DNA of 64,000 bases, taken from the NCBI GenBank assembly GCA_025449835.1, contig JANWIO010000107.1, positions 7 through 64,006 of the forward strand, written 5' to 3'. The position numbers and the translations under genes are program-made. How positions within the stretch are numbered: position 1 is the first letter of the stretch; the number at the start of each line of letters is the position of its first letter. Source of the stretch: Vampirovibrionales bacterium (GTDB lineage: Bacteria; Cyanobacteriota; Vampirovibrionia; Vampirovibrionales; JAGQHJ01). The notes under the pieces are model-generated. The model made no database searches. It saw nothing but the letters and a program-made list of their open reading frames with translations, and had not been told where the DNA came from. Shown here in pieces: positions 20,441-28,157 of this stretch.

Positions 20441-20947
20441 CTACTCCTCGTACCTCATTGTTGCAGAATTGGTCAAAGTGTATGTATCTAACCCTGAAGA
20501 TGTGCCATGGCCTCCCAATTCACTCATAAATGTTCGTATTGCAAGGGGATCTTGAAACTGATAACTTACCGTAACCTGAACTGTTCTGCTACCCACAGTA
20601 CCCGTTGGTCCACTTACAGAAACATCACTGGTTGGCAAAACAATGCCTGAACTTGTTTGCATAAATGATTGAACCCAACTCTGGACAGCTGAAACACCAT
20701 CATTATATGTTGTAGACCCTTGTGTGGCTGCTAAATCCTGATTTATGGATGCAACTCTCGCACCTTCTTTTGCTGCCGTCAGCAATGTGTTACTCATATA
20801 AAGGTAGAGGCTCACCATGATCAGGGTTCCCAACATCGACACAAACATCATAATTGAGAACATAAGCTCAACCGTTGCTTGGCCCTTAAAGCAAGTCCGT
20901 AGCCTATTTTTCACATTCAAGACATTTTTGAACACCTTTAGATACAT
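20441..20947 (-). CDS. TadE-like pseudopilin (prepilin-peptidase-type processing motif)
   Basis: Internal start MYLKVF... has AGGAG 7 nt upstream. Leader followed by G|QATVELMFSIMMFVSMLGTLIM, which is the Gly-x4-Glu + hydrophobic segment of TadE/TadF family pseudopilins. The ORF track's longer N-terminus would overlap the RBS. Confidence 0.7.
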   Translation of the reverse strand: MYLKVFKNVLNVKNRLRTCFKGQATVELMFSIMMFVSMLGTLIMVSLYLYMSNTLLTAAKEGARVASINQDLAATQGSTTYNDGVSAVQSWVQSFMQTSSGIVLPTSDVSVSGPTGTVGSRTVQVTVSYQFQDPLAIRTFMSELGGHGTSSGLDTYTLTNSATMRYEE

Positions 20948-21280
20948 CACCATGCTCCTGAATAAATGTATGTTTATTACAGGTAAAACTATTATATAAG
21001 TCGTTTTAAAAAAGAGGTAGATCGTTTCATGAATAACTCCATTTTTTAAAGGATTGTTTTGGCAACATCCCAATATATCTTACGCTTCTGTGTCCAAATA
21101 AGGTATTTGGTCCACATAAAGCCTCTTTGGTATTGACGTTATCGTCCTTTTTATCCCGACTTATAAACATCTACCCGTTACAATAACTCGCAATACGTTA
21201 TTTCTTTTAGAGGAAACCATCTCTTTGACCATTGGAGAAGTAACGCTGTATTGACTTCATTCCCATAAAAGTGCCTTTCT

Positions 21281-21299
21281 AAACCTTACGTAAAGGTTT
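21281..21299. promoter_or_regulatory. Perfect 19-bp dyad AAACCTT-ACGTA-AAGGTTT in the merR / tadE-like divergent intergenic region (candidate operator)
   Basis: Read directly from the sequence. 7-bp inverted arms around a 5-bp centre, core TTACGTAA. Confidence 0.4.
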
Positions 21300-21361
21300 T
21301 TAAAGTTTTTAATAACTTGCTGTAAAACAGAGAAACTCCCCCCTAGAAACGATAAGCGCCT

Positions 21362-21859
21362 ATGCTATACTATGAATGTAGACTACAGGAATTCCTTTCC
21401 ATGAGCCAGCCTTCTTTACAAGAAAAGCAATTGCTGCGTATCGGTGATGTTGCCAAGAAAACCGGCATTACCTTAAGAACGCTTCGCTACTATGAAGAAC
21501 TCAATTTGATTGAACCCGATAATCGAACCAAAGGGAATTTCAGGCTTTATCATCCCAAGGTCATTCAACGGGTTCAGTTTATCAATTCACTTAAAAAACT
21601 GGATTTCTCCTTAGAAGAAATTCGAGAAATTTTGGGAACCGCCAACTCCTTTCAAACTGATAAAGAGGTGGTTCAACGTACTCGCCAGGCCTTGCTGGTG
21701 AAAAAAGAAAAAATTACAGCAAAGCTTATTGAAATGGCCGATATGAACCGGGAAGTCGATATTTCCTTACGAATTCTGGATGAATGTATCGCTTGTAAGG
21801 AGCATCATGATGTGCAATGTGATCCTGGCTGTGAAAACAAACAGGTCCATATTCGATAA
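21362..21859 (+). CDS. MerR-family transcriptional regulator with C-terminal Cys/His cluster
   Basis: MerR HTH (LLRIGDVAKKTGITLRTLRYYEELNLIEP), coiled-coil dimerisation helix, and C-terminal CIACKEHHDVQCDPGC (metal- or redox-sensing type). True start may be the Met at 21402. It is embedded in the tad locus on the opposite strand. Confidence 0.8.
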   Translation: MLYYECRLQEFLSMSQPSLQEKQLLRIGDVAKKTGITLRTLRYYEELNLIEPDNRTKGNFRLYHPKVIQRVQFINSLKKLDFSLEEIREILGTANSFQTDKEVVQRTRQALLVKKEKITAKLIEMADMNREVDISLRILDECIACKEHHDVQCDPGCENKQVHIR

Positions 21860-21886
21860 AGACACTCATTATTCTCTCAGAAGGTC

Positions 21887-22975
21887 TTACTGAACCAGTC
21901 GCACATTTGTGACCCCGCCAGGGGTTACTGACGATCCCATGGTACAGCCTTGAGTACACATAACCTTCTTGAAATAGCCTGTAATGGAAGACGACTTTCG
22001 ATCATAACTCGTGATAACAAATCCGGCAAAACCCACAATGTGAAATTGGGCGTTTTTACCATTCCCTGAGGCGGTATCATACAATGGAAACGTAATAACC
22101 GTTTGATTAGTCACCAAGCCATCTAAAGCAGACCTGACAGGCCCCGAATTCATAATATTCCCCGGCTTAGGCCCATAGCTACTCCCAACGGATACTGTCC
22201 CGCTATATCCATTTGTCAATTCATCTGCCACTTGGGGTGTCCCGCCACCACCACCATCAAAATCTGCAAATCCCCAGTTGCCAGGTGGTAAATTACCGCA
22301 ACTATTGGTATCCCCCGAATTCACCGTATAGGTATTTGTACCGTCAGTTTCAGTCACCGATGAGGGGCCATAAGTCACTTGTGGAATGGTCGGATCTGAG
22401 AATTCCTGAATGGCTTCATTCCATGCACCCACACACATATAGATAGGTCGAACCCCACTAATACTGCTAACGCCCCCACCATAAATGGCAATCGCTTGTG
22501 CTCGAGAATTAAAACCGCTAACCCCCAAAAATTGGCCAAAGACAGAAGGAATTTGACTATTGGCTTGATTTTGCCCCGCATTGACCGTTACTTTAACGGC
22601 ATTATACCCACTGGTTAAGGGAAAATTAGTCGCATCTGGCGACGAGAACTGGCTGGTATCCCCGGTTGTAGGATTCACATAACCAAACTCAACATCTGAT
22701 GTGCCGACATTATTTTTTTCATTATCTTGGGAATACGTTTGTGCTGAAGTGGTTGCATCCGATTCTTTACCTGAAAGTGAGGTCGCATTACTCTTATATA
22801 ATTGTGTAACAGCAGCCAACGCCGCTGAATCAGCCGCATTTTGTTCCCCCGTATGCATAAAATAATACAAACCAGCATCTACAGCTAAGCCCCCAACAAA
22901 ACAAAGGAGAAATAGCAAGCCTAAAGCTTGTATTACCCCTTGCCCGGGTTTCTGATTTCGCAGCCAACAACGCAT
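21887..22975 (-). CDS. TadG-like pilus assembly protein (Tad_N/TadE-G N-terminal domain)
   Basis: N-terminal hydrophobic segment plus the motif AVDAGLYYFMHTGEQNAADSAALAA, which matches the conserved Tad N-terminal domain (…QNAADAAALAGA). The rest is a Gly/Ser/Thr-rich beta-type region. Confidence 0.65.
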   Translation of the reverse strand: MRCWLRNQKPGQGVIQALGLLFLLCFVGGLAVDAGLYYFMHTGEQNAADSAALAAVTQLYKSNATSLSGKESDATTSAQTYSQDNEKNNVGTSDVEFGYVNPTTGDTSQFSSPDATNFPLTSGYNAVKVTVNAGQNQANSQIPSVFGQFLGVSGFNSRAQAIAIYGGGVSSISGVRPIYMCVGAWNEAIQEFSDPTIPQVTYGPSSVTETDGTNTYTVNSGDTNSCGNLPPGNWGFADFDGGGGGTPQVADELTNGYSGTVSVGSSYGPKPGNIMNSGPVRSALDGLVTNQTVITFPLYDTASGNGKNAQFHIVGFAGFVITSYDRKSSSITGYFKKVMCTQGCTMGSSVTPGGVTNVRLVQ

Positions 22976-23090
22976 CGATCTACTCCATCTCTTTAACCTT
23001 ATTCCCGAAAATTTATTTTTCTAAACCTCTTTAACGAAATGACTAAATCGGAAGATTCACAGCTTATAGCCGCATAATTTAAACGTAGAC

Positions 23091-23105
23091 TTACGTAAGA
23101 GGTTT
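23091..23105. promoter_or_regulatory. Second copy of TTACGTAA(G)AGGTTT motif, upstream of the tadG-like gene (start 22975) and downstream of the hairpin terminator
   Basis: Read directly from the sequence. It shares 14 of 15 positions with the right half of the dyad at 21281-21299. Confidence 0.35.
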
Positions 23106-23107
23106 AC

Positions 23108-23138
23108 TATTCTCTGGAAAAGCCTCTCGAAAAATCCA
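23108..23138. terminator. Hairpin (10-bp perfect stem AAAAGCCTCT/AGAGGCTTTT, 11-nt loop) between the vWA tadG-like gene and the next tadG-like gene
   Basis: Read directly from the sequence. It has an A-tract 5' and T-tract 3' on the plus strand, and Ts within the stem end on the minus strand. It marks a transcription-unit boundary inside the tad gene block. Confidence 0.5.
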
Positions 23139-23178
23139 AGAGGCTTTTCTATTGGTAAACCCCGTTTGGTCATTCGAG

Positions 23179-24546
23179 CTACTGAGTGAGTTTAACCTGA
23201 ATTTTTTGAGCAATTTGACTATAAATTTGGTCAATTCCCGTTGGATCATAATACTCAGCTGTGTATTGCTGCCCACCCGTGGTATCTGCCATATAGGTTA
23301 ATAAGGCATCTGGTGTCCAGTTGGGATCTTTAATAAGCCTTTGAAGTACCCGCCAAGAAGTATCATAAGTACTACTATTATATATTCGGATCGTCGTAAT
23401 AGAGACCCCCATTTGTTTTGCCCTATCAGACTGTGCATCTGTAACACTGGTCATGTAATTGACATAGTCCTGACCACACTGCTGAGCTTGATCTGAAATC
23501 AAGTCATCGGTAATTTGACTACTGGGCAACGCCGGACACATTTTATATTGTCGGCCAAAGTATTTCGTAGTCGTACATAAGGACTGAACTTGAGTTGAAT
23601 GATTGACCATGTCCGTGCATTTGCTATAGGGGGCAGATTGGCTATAACTATAATCAGCTGGCGAACCAGGCAAATTCGCGTTCCCGTCTGTCATAAAAAT
23701 GATTTGCTTATTCGCATAACTTCGCCCATGCGCTTGCATTTCATCCAAAGCAGCCTGTAAACCCGATTCAGAATATGTGTTCCAGCCAAACCCCCGGAAC
23801 ATTTGTAAATTACTGATCCCATTTTGAACTGACGAAAAATTAGGCGAATCGGTTGTTGAAGTTAAGCCAACATCAAGACGGGCAGTTTGGTTAAAATCAA
23901 CCAAACCAATTCTATCCACATCTTTGTTAGATGACGCAATGACATAATTCACATAACCATTTGCCGCTGATTTAACACTACTGAGGAGAGTTTGCCCATT
24001 ACTCACTTCTCCCATTGAACTTGAAGTATCAATCACCAAAATGGTGTCACGAGCAGCCGGTTCTGCCGAAGCTCCAGCATTTACTGTCCAGGTAAACGTC
24101 GTATTCCCAGCGCTATACGTTAAATTATTGGATGTATTATTTTGCTGAGAAGGAGCATTATGGGCATTCAAGGCATTAAAAATACCTGCCGTAAACGACT
24201 GCATCGGAACAGTTGCAGATACGGTCATCTTATTGCCCGTGTATGAGTAGCTTAGATCACTGGGTTGTAATGTTTTTCCATCAACCAAGTTTTTAGATGC
24301 GACATCATAAGCAGCCGTTTCAGCAGCAGCTTGCCCATTGGGCAATTGACTGGCTCCTGCCAAGGCCCCGGCATCAACCGCATTTTGTAACTGTTGATGA
24401 ACAACATAATAGGATGGAATATCCACAGCAAAAGGTGCCGCCATAAGGCCTGAAAAGACTACTCCTATACTTAAGGCAATATTCATCCCCTTTGCTTTAC
24501 CAGTTAATTTAAAAAAGGAATTTTTGATCCCAAAAATATTTTTCAT
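23179..24546 (-). CDS. TadG-like protein with von Willebrand factor A domain
   Basis: N-terminal TM plus Tad_N motif (QLQNAVDAGALAGASQL). vWA MIDAS motif DTSSSMG (ILVIDTSSSMGEVSNG). Confidence 0.75.
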   Translation of the reverse strand: MKNIFGIKNSFFKLTGKAKGMNIALSIGVVFSGLMAAPFAVDIPSYYVVHQQLQNAVDAGALAGASQLPNGQAAAETAAYDVASKNLVDGKTLQPSDLSYSYTGNKMTVSATVPMQSFTAGIFNALNAHNAPSQQNNTSNNLTYSAGNTTFTWTVNAGASAEPAARDTILVIDTSSSMGEVSNGQTLLSSVKSAANGYVNYVIASSNKDVDRIGLVDFNQTARLDVGLTSTTDSPNFSSVQNGISNLQMFRGFGWNTYSESGLQAALDEMQAHGRSYANKQIIFMTDGNANLPGSPADYSYSQSAPYSKCTDMVNHSTQVQSLCTTTKYFGRQYKMCPALPSSQITDDLISDQAQQCGQDYVNYMTSVTDAQSDRAKQMGVSITTIRIYNSSTYDTSWRVLQRLIKDPNWTPDALLTYMADTTGGQQYTAEYYDPTGIDQIYSQIAQKIQVKLTQ

Positions 24547-24591
24547 CGCAACGCACCCCCATAATTAGCCTAATCCTCGTATTTACGCCCC

Positions 24592-24885
24592 CTAATCTTT
24601 GTTATCTGTTGGATCACAAGTCCCGCTACCCGTTGAATCCGTACACGTTGGATCCGACGTATCATCCCTCGAAATCACGCCGTCACGTTGTAAAGTTGCC
24701 ATTGCTAGGGCTGTTCTCTGAACCAGAGTTGGTTCTTGTAGAGAAATATGTGGCTTTTGAATCATCATCATATTCGTTGGATTCAATAATACAACACTTA
24801 AAATCAGCTCACTGGCAAAACTCATTATTGAAAAGCATTTACACAATTTTCCCATCGCAGTCACTCCCATTAACCACCTCATCAA
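24592..24885 (-). CDS. Hypothetical small protein at the head of the tad gene block (not a recognisable Flp pilin)
   Basis: ORF of 97 aa (or 57 aa from an internal Met) with a Thr/Asp/Cys-rich C-terminus. It lacks the G-xxxx-EY + hydrophobic Flp signature. Coding status uncertain. Confidence 0.3.
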   Translation of the reverse strand: MMRWLMGVTAMGKLCKCFSIMSFASELILSVVLLNPTNMMMIQKPHISLQEPTLVQRTALAMATLQRDGVISRDDTSDPTCTDSTGSGTCDPTDNKD

Positions 24886-25055
24886 CCATATACCCCGACA
24901 GTCATGTTTCTAAACATATTTAAATTTTTCATATTTATTTAATCATTATTAAATACACATTTCTTATATCCTATGTAAAAATTTTTCAAAAATACGCAAT
25001 TTTGGGTGTGCAAATGTTTTTATATATGTAGATAGAGATTTTTGGAGTTTTTTTA

Positions 25056-25346
25056 GTGAGTATTCAACAATTACGTTCTGCATTTGCGCAACAAGGTTAT
25101 AAAAAACCAGAAAACCAGCAGCAATCACCTGCAGGCAATCCGTTTGGAGCTGTTTCCGCTCCACCATCAGGAGCCGTTGGAAAAGCAGGCCACCCTCATC
25201 ACCATCATGAGCCAAATTTACTCGCCGGCGTAAATGCGCCCAATACAAAGTTTCATGAAAGAGCCAATATTCAAAATGGCATGTCTGCTCCCATCGGTGG
25301 AGGACAGTTTAGCCAAGCAGGTCAATCACTACAAATTCTGGCCTAG
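25056..25346 (+). CDS. Small Gly/Pro/Ala/Gln-rich protein with His tract (HPHHHHEP)
   Basis: GTG start is preceded by GGAG. It is followed within 25 nt by a strong intrinsic terminator. It is a paralogue of the small protein at 26179. Confidence 0.5.
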   Translation: MSIQQLRSAFAQQGYKKPENQQQSPAGNPFGAVSAPPSGAVGKAGHPHHHHEPNLLAGVNAPNTKFHERANIQNGMSAPIGGGQFSQAGQSLQILA

Positions 25347-25370
25347 TGATTTTAAAGATTTCAACTTAAA

Positions 25371-25404
25371 AGAGAGACCGTTTTAAAACAGTCTCTCTTT
25401 TTGA
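25371..25404. terminator. Rho-independent terminator between convergent genes (9-bp stem AAGAGAGAC/GTCTCTCTT + T-run)
   Basis: Perfect inverted repeat 25371-25379/25392-25400 followed by TTTTT on the plus strand. A-tract/T-rich flank on the minus strand suggests bidirectional use. Confidence 0.7.
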
Positions 25405-25427
25405 GCTTTATATTGATAAGCTAATGC

Positions 25428-25946
25428 TTACGCTTTACCCAAGGTTTTTTCACCGGGCTTCCAGCCTACTGGGCAGAGTTCGCCAGTTTGGAATGCTTGA
25501 AGAATCCGAAGAATTTCTTCAACATTCCGGCCTACGGAGAGATCATTCACCACATAGCTTCTCAACACGCCATCGGGATCAATGATGAACGCACCACGGA
25601 AGCTGATGCCTTTTTCTTCCATCAAAATACCGTAGTCACGGCTAATCCGTTTGGTAATATCGCTTACCAGCGGAAAACGGAGCTGACCAAGGTCTTTCAT
25701 CCAATCTAAGTGGGAGTAAACGCTATCAACACTTGCGCCGAGAACTTTGGCATTAATTTTTTCAAATTCGTTGAATTTTTCATTGAAGCCTTGAATTTCA
25801 GTTGGGCAAACAAAGGTAAAGTCTAATGGGTAGAAGAAAAGAACAACCCATTTGCCACGATAGTCTCTGAGAGAGACTTCTTTAATTTGACCGTCTACAA
25901 CGGCTTGCGCTGTAAAATCTGGAGCGGGTTTTCCGATTTGAATCAT
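25428..25946 (-). CDS. Peroxiredoxin (typical 2-Cys Prx, AhpC/Tsa family)
   Basis: The peroxidatic Cys motif FTFVCPTE and a resolving Cys near the C-terminus ([11 protein letters not shown]) are present. The start is set at [11 protein letters not shown] because AAGGAG lies 7 nt upstream. The longer track ORF would start inside the RBS. Confidence 0.9.
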   Translation of the reverse strand: MIQIGKPAPDFTAQAVVDGQIKEVSLRDYRGKWVVLFFYPLDFTFVCPTEIQGFNEKFNEFEKINAKVLGASVDSVYSHLDWMKDLGQLRFPLVSDITKRISRDYGILMEEKGISFRGAFIIDPDGVLRSYVVNDLSVGRNVEEILRILQAFQTGELCPVGWKPGEKTLGKA

Positions 25947-26087
25947 AAGAATACTCCTTTTTTTCATCATAACCAGTTAATACAGGGTGCTATCCTTGGT
26001 ACTACGAAGCATAGGAAGAACGTAAAGAAATTTCAAGACTTTTCTTTCCTTGGGAATCTTAAGAAAACCTTATATCTTATTCAAAGC

Positions 26088-26117
26088 GGTTTGCAAACAA
26101 CCACGCTGCCCCTATAA
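26088..26117 (+). promoter_or_regulatory. Candidate sigma70 promoter (TTGCAA-16 nt-TATAAT) for the small protein gene at 26179
   Basis: Read directly from the sequence: ttgcaaacaaccacgctgcccctataat, about 60 nt upstream of the gene. The gene carries a perfect AAGGAGG SD. Confidence 0.45.
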
Positions 26118-26178
26118 TGAAAATACGAAAGCTTTAACGTGTGAGATGTTTGTTGGGGATCAAAAAAGGAGGTTTATC

Positions 26179-26370
26179 ATGGGGTTACTCAATTTAAATT
26201 TACCCAAGTTCCAAAGTGCTCCTAAAGCGCAAGCCGCTCCCAGCTTTGCAGGTGCTATGTCACCCTTGGGACAGAAGCAAAATCCAATGCAAATTACAGG
26301 AAATTTATTGCAACCCAAAGCCGGTGGATATCCTGGCGCAGCAGGCAACCGAATTAACTTTTGCGGGTAA
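26179..26370 (+). CDS. Small Gly/Pro/Ala/Gln-rich protein, paralogue of 25056..25346
   Basis: 63 aa, with ATG preceded by AAAAAGGAGG. Shares LL..N.P.KF...AQ...AGAMSP.GQ pattern with the C-terminal half of the protein at 25056. The longer track ORF (26050) has no RBS. Confidence 0.5.
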   Translation: MGLLNLNLPKFQSAPKAQAAPSFAGAMSPLGQKQNPMQITGNLLQPKAGGYPGAAGNRINFCG

Positions 26371-26445
26371 GTTCACCAAAAAGGTTTCAATTCCTCATGG
26401 CAAGCCACTTTCCACATCCAACACAGTTCATGCCATAATATTTGT

Positions 26446-27435
26446 ATGACGTTAGAACGAACCTGGATCAATCGGCTTCAATCACGCTGGCCTAGCGTGG
26501 ATTTGCGTCATGATACCTTTTATGATCCCGCCTCACGAACCATCTTAACCACTGATATCCTCATTGAGGACGTCCATTTTTCCTGGGACTATTTTACACC
26601 GCAAGATGCAGGCTGGCGAAGCATTGCTGCAAATTTAAGTGACATTGCCGCCACCGGCGGCAGCCCATTATGGGTTCTGGTGAGTATTGCTGTCCCGCCT
26701 CATCACAGTTTGGAGAAGCTCGAAGCCATTTATGAAGGCATTGAAGCATGTTGCCAGCAATACCATTGTGCCATCGTGGGGGGGGATACCACACGGGCCG
26801 AAAAAACAACCCTTTCCATTACAGCAGTGGGAAAATTAGCACCTCATGCGACTCCAGGGAGAAGACACAGCACCAAACCAGGTAACATTATTGCGGTGAG
26901 CGGACCCCATGGGCTAAGTCGAGCAGGACTGGAAGTTTTACAGCATAAAACACCTGGCTATTCACAAGCCAGAATGGCTCATCTTCGCCCCATACCCCAA
27001 CTACGCCTTGGACAACAAATTGCCCAAGTCCTCCCACAATTTGCCATGATGGATTCGAGTGATGGCTTGGCAGATGCGGCCATTCAACTGTCCCAAACCA
27101 GTGGTGTGGATATTGTCATCGATGCCTCACGGCTTACAATTCCTGCTGAATTAACCGAAATTGCGTCAGGAGCTAATGCAGACCCGTTAGACTGGGTGCT
27201 CTATGGGGGAGAAGATTTTCAATTGGTGGTCGCACTCCCACCCGAAACATTGGGGCTTTTTCCCCAACTTCAGGCCATCGGCACCGTTCATCCTTGTGGA
27301 GAACCAGGGAAAGGGCAGGCTTTTTTAAAACAGAATTCAAGCCTTACGCCTTTGTCTTCTGAAAAAGCCTTTCAACACTTTCCGAGCAACTCTGATCAAG
27401 ATATTCCAACAGAAGGAGCCCCGTCATCCTCATGA
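26446..27435 (+). CDS. thiL: Thiamine-monophosphate kinase-like protein (AIR synthase-related family)
   Basis: The pattern TTDILIEDVHF...AGWRSIAANLSDIAATGGSPLWVLVSIAVP matches the ThiL N-terminal PurM-like domain (…NLSDLAAMGA.P…). It overlaps ispD by 4 bp. Confidence 0.6.
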   Translation: MTLERTWINRLQSRWPSVDLRHDTFYDPASRTILTTDILIEDVHFSWDYFTPQDAGWRSIAANLSDIAATGGSPLWVLVSIAVPPHHSLEKLEAIYEGIEACCQQYHCAIVGGDTTRAEKTTLSITAVGKLAPHATPGRRHSTKPGNIIAVSGPHGLSRAGLEVLQHKTPGYSQARMAHLRPIPQLRLGQQIAQVLPQFAMMDSSDGLADAAIQLSQTSGVDIVIDASRLTIPAELTEIASGANADPLDWVLYGGEDFQLVVALPPETLGLFPQLQAIGTVHPCGEPGKGQAFLKQNSSLTPLSSEKAFQHFPSNSDQDIPTEGAPSSS

Positions 27436-28157
27436 CATCACCATGTATCTGGGGCATATTGGTTGCCGGGGGCAGTGGGAACCGATACAACTCTCAGCGT
27501 TCTAAGTTATTAGAGCCCTTAGGTGGCAAACCCATTTTACAATGGAGTATTGAAACCCTTTTAGCAACTGCCACTTTGTCAGGCATCGTTATTGTCTACA
27601 ACCCACAGTGGAAGACCAATTATGAAGCCTTTTTAGAGCGTAGCATGCCAACAATTCCCATTATTTTTACCCCTGGTGGTGCAACCCGACGAGATTCCGT
27701 GGGGCAAGGGCTTCAATCGCTTCCCTCAGAAGCCGACATTGTTCTCATCCATGACGCAGCGCGCCCACTGGTACAGCCTGAAAAAATCAAAGATGCTCTT
27801 CAGCCTGTCATTGCAGGTCAAGCATTGGGCACGTCATTGGGTATTCCCGCCCAAAACACCCTAAAGCAGGTTATTCCTGGCAATACCCCATGGGTGGATA
27901 AGACCTTGCAACGGGATACGATTTGGCAGGTTCATACGCCCAAAGTTTTTCAAAAAGATCACCTCGTTGAAGCCCATCAAGCCGTTCCTCACGAGGCTTC
28001 TATCAATGACGATGTTGAACTAATGGAACGTTATTACCCAGGTAAAAACGCTGTCCAGATGGTTTTAGATGATGCCAGTAATCTCAAAATCACTACACCC
28101 CGCGATTTAAGCTTGGCCGAGGCCTGGCTTCAGCTTCGTTTGGCAAAGGCCTTATAA
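27432..28157 (+). CDS. ispD: 2-C-methyl-D-erythritol 4-phosphate cytidylyltransferase IspD
   Basis: N-terminal GILVAGGSGNR...KPIL motif of IspD. 241 aa. Confidence 0.85.
   Translation: MTSPCIWGILVAGGSGNRYNSQRSKLLEPLGGKPILQWSIETLLATATLSGIVIVYNPQWKTNYEAFLERSMPTIPIIFTPGGATRRDSVGQGLQSLPSEADIVLIHDAARPLVQPEKIKDALQPVIAGQALGTSLGIPAQNTLKQVIPGNTPWVDKTLQRDTIWQVHTPKVFQKDHLVEAHQAVPHEASINDDVELMERYYPGKNAVQMVLDDASNLKITTPRDLSLAEAWLQLRLAKAL

Noticed and set aside
24592-24885. Possible Flp pilin at head of tad locus
   Set aside because: Lacks the G-xxxx-E-Y motif and the 20-residue hydrophobic core of Flp prepilins. Kept only as a low-confidence hypothetical ORF.
24964-25248. 94-aa minus-strand ORF
   Set aside because: Entirely antisense to the better-supported small protein gene (25056..25346), which has its own RBS and terminator. 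No RBS.
25947-25970. Longer peroxiredoxin start (MMKKRSIL…)
   Set aside because: It would place the start codon inside the AAGGAG that sits at ideal distance from the [11 protein letters not shown] Met, and Prx family N-termini begin near that motif.
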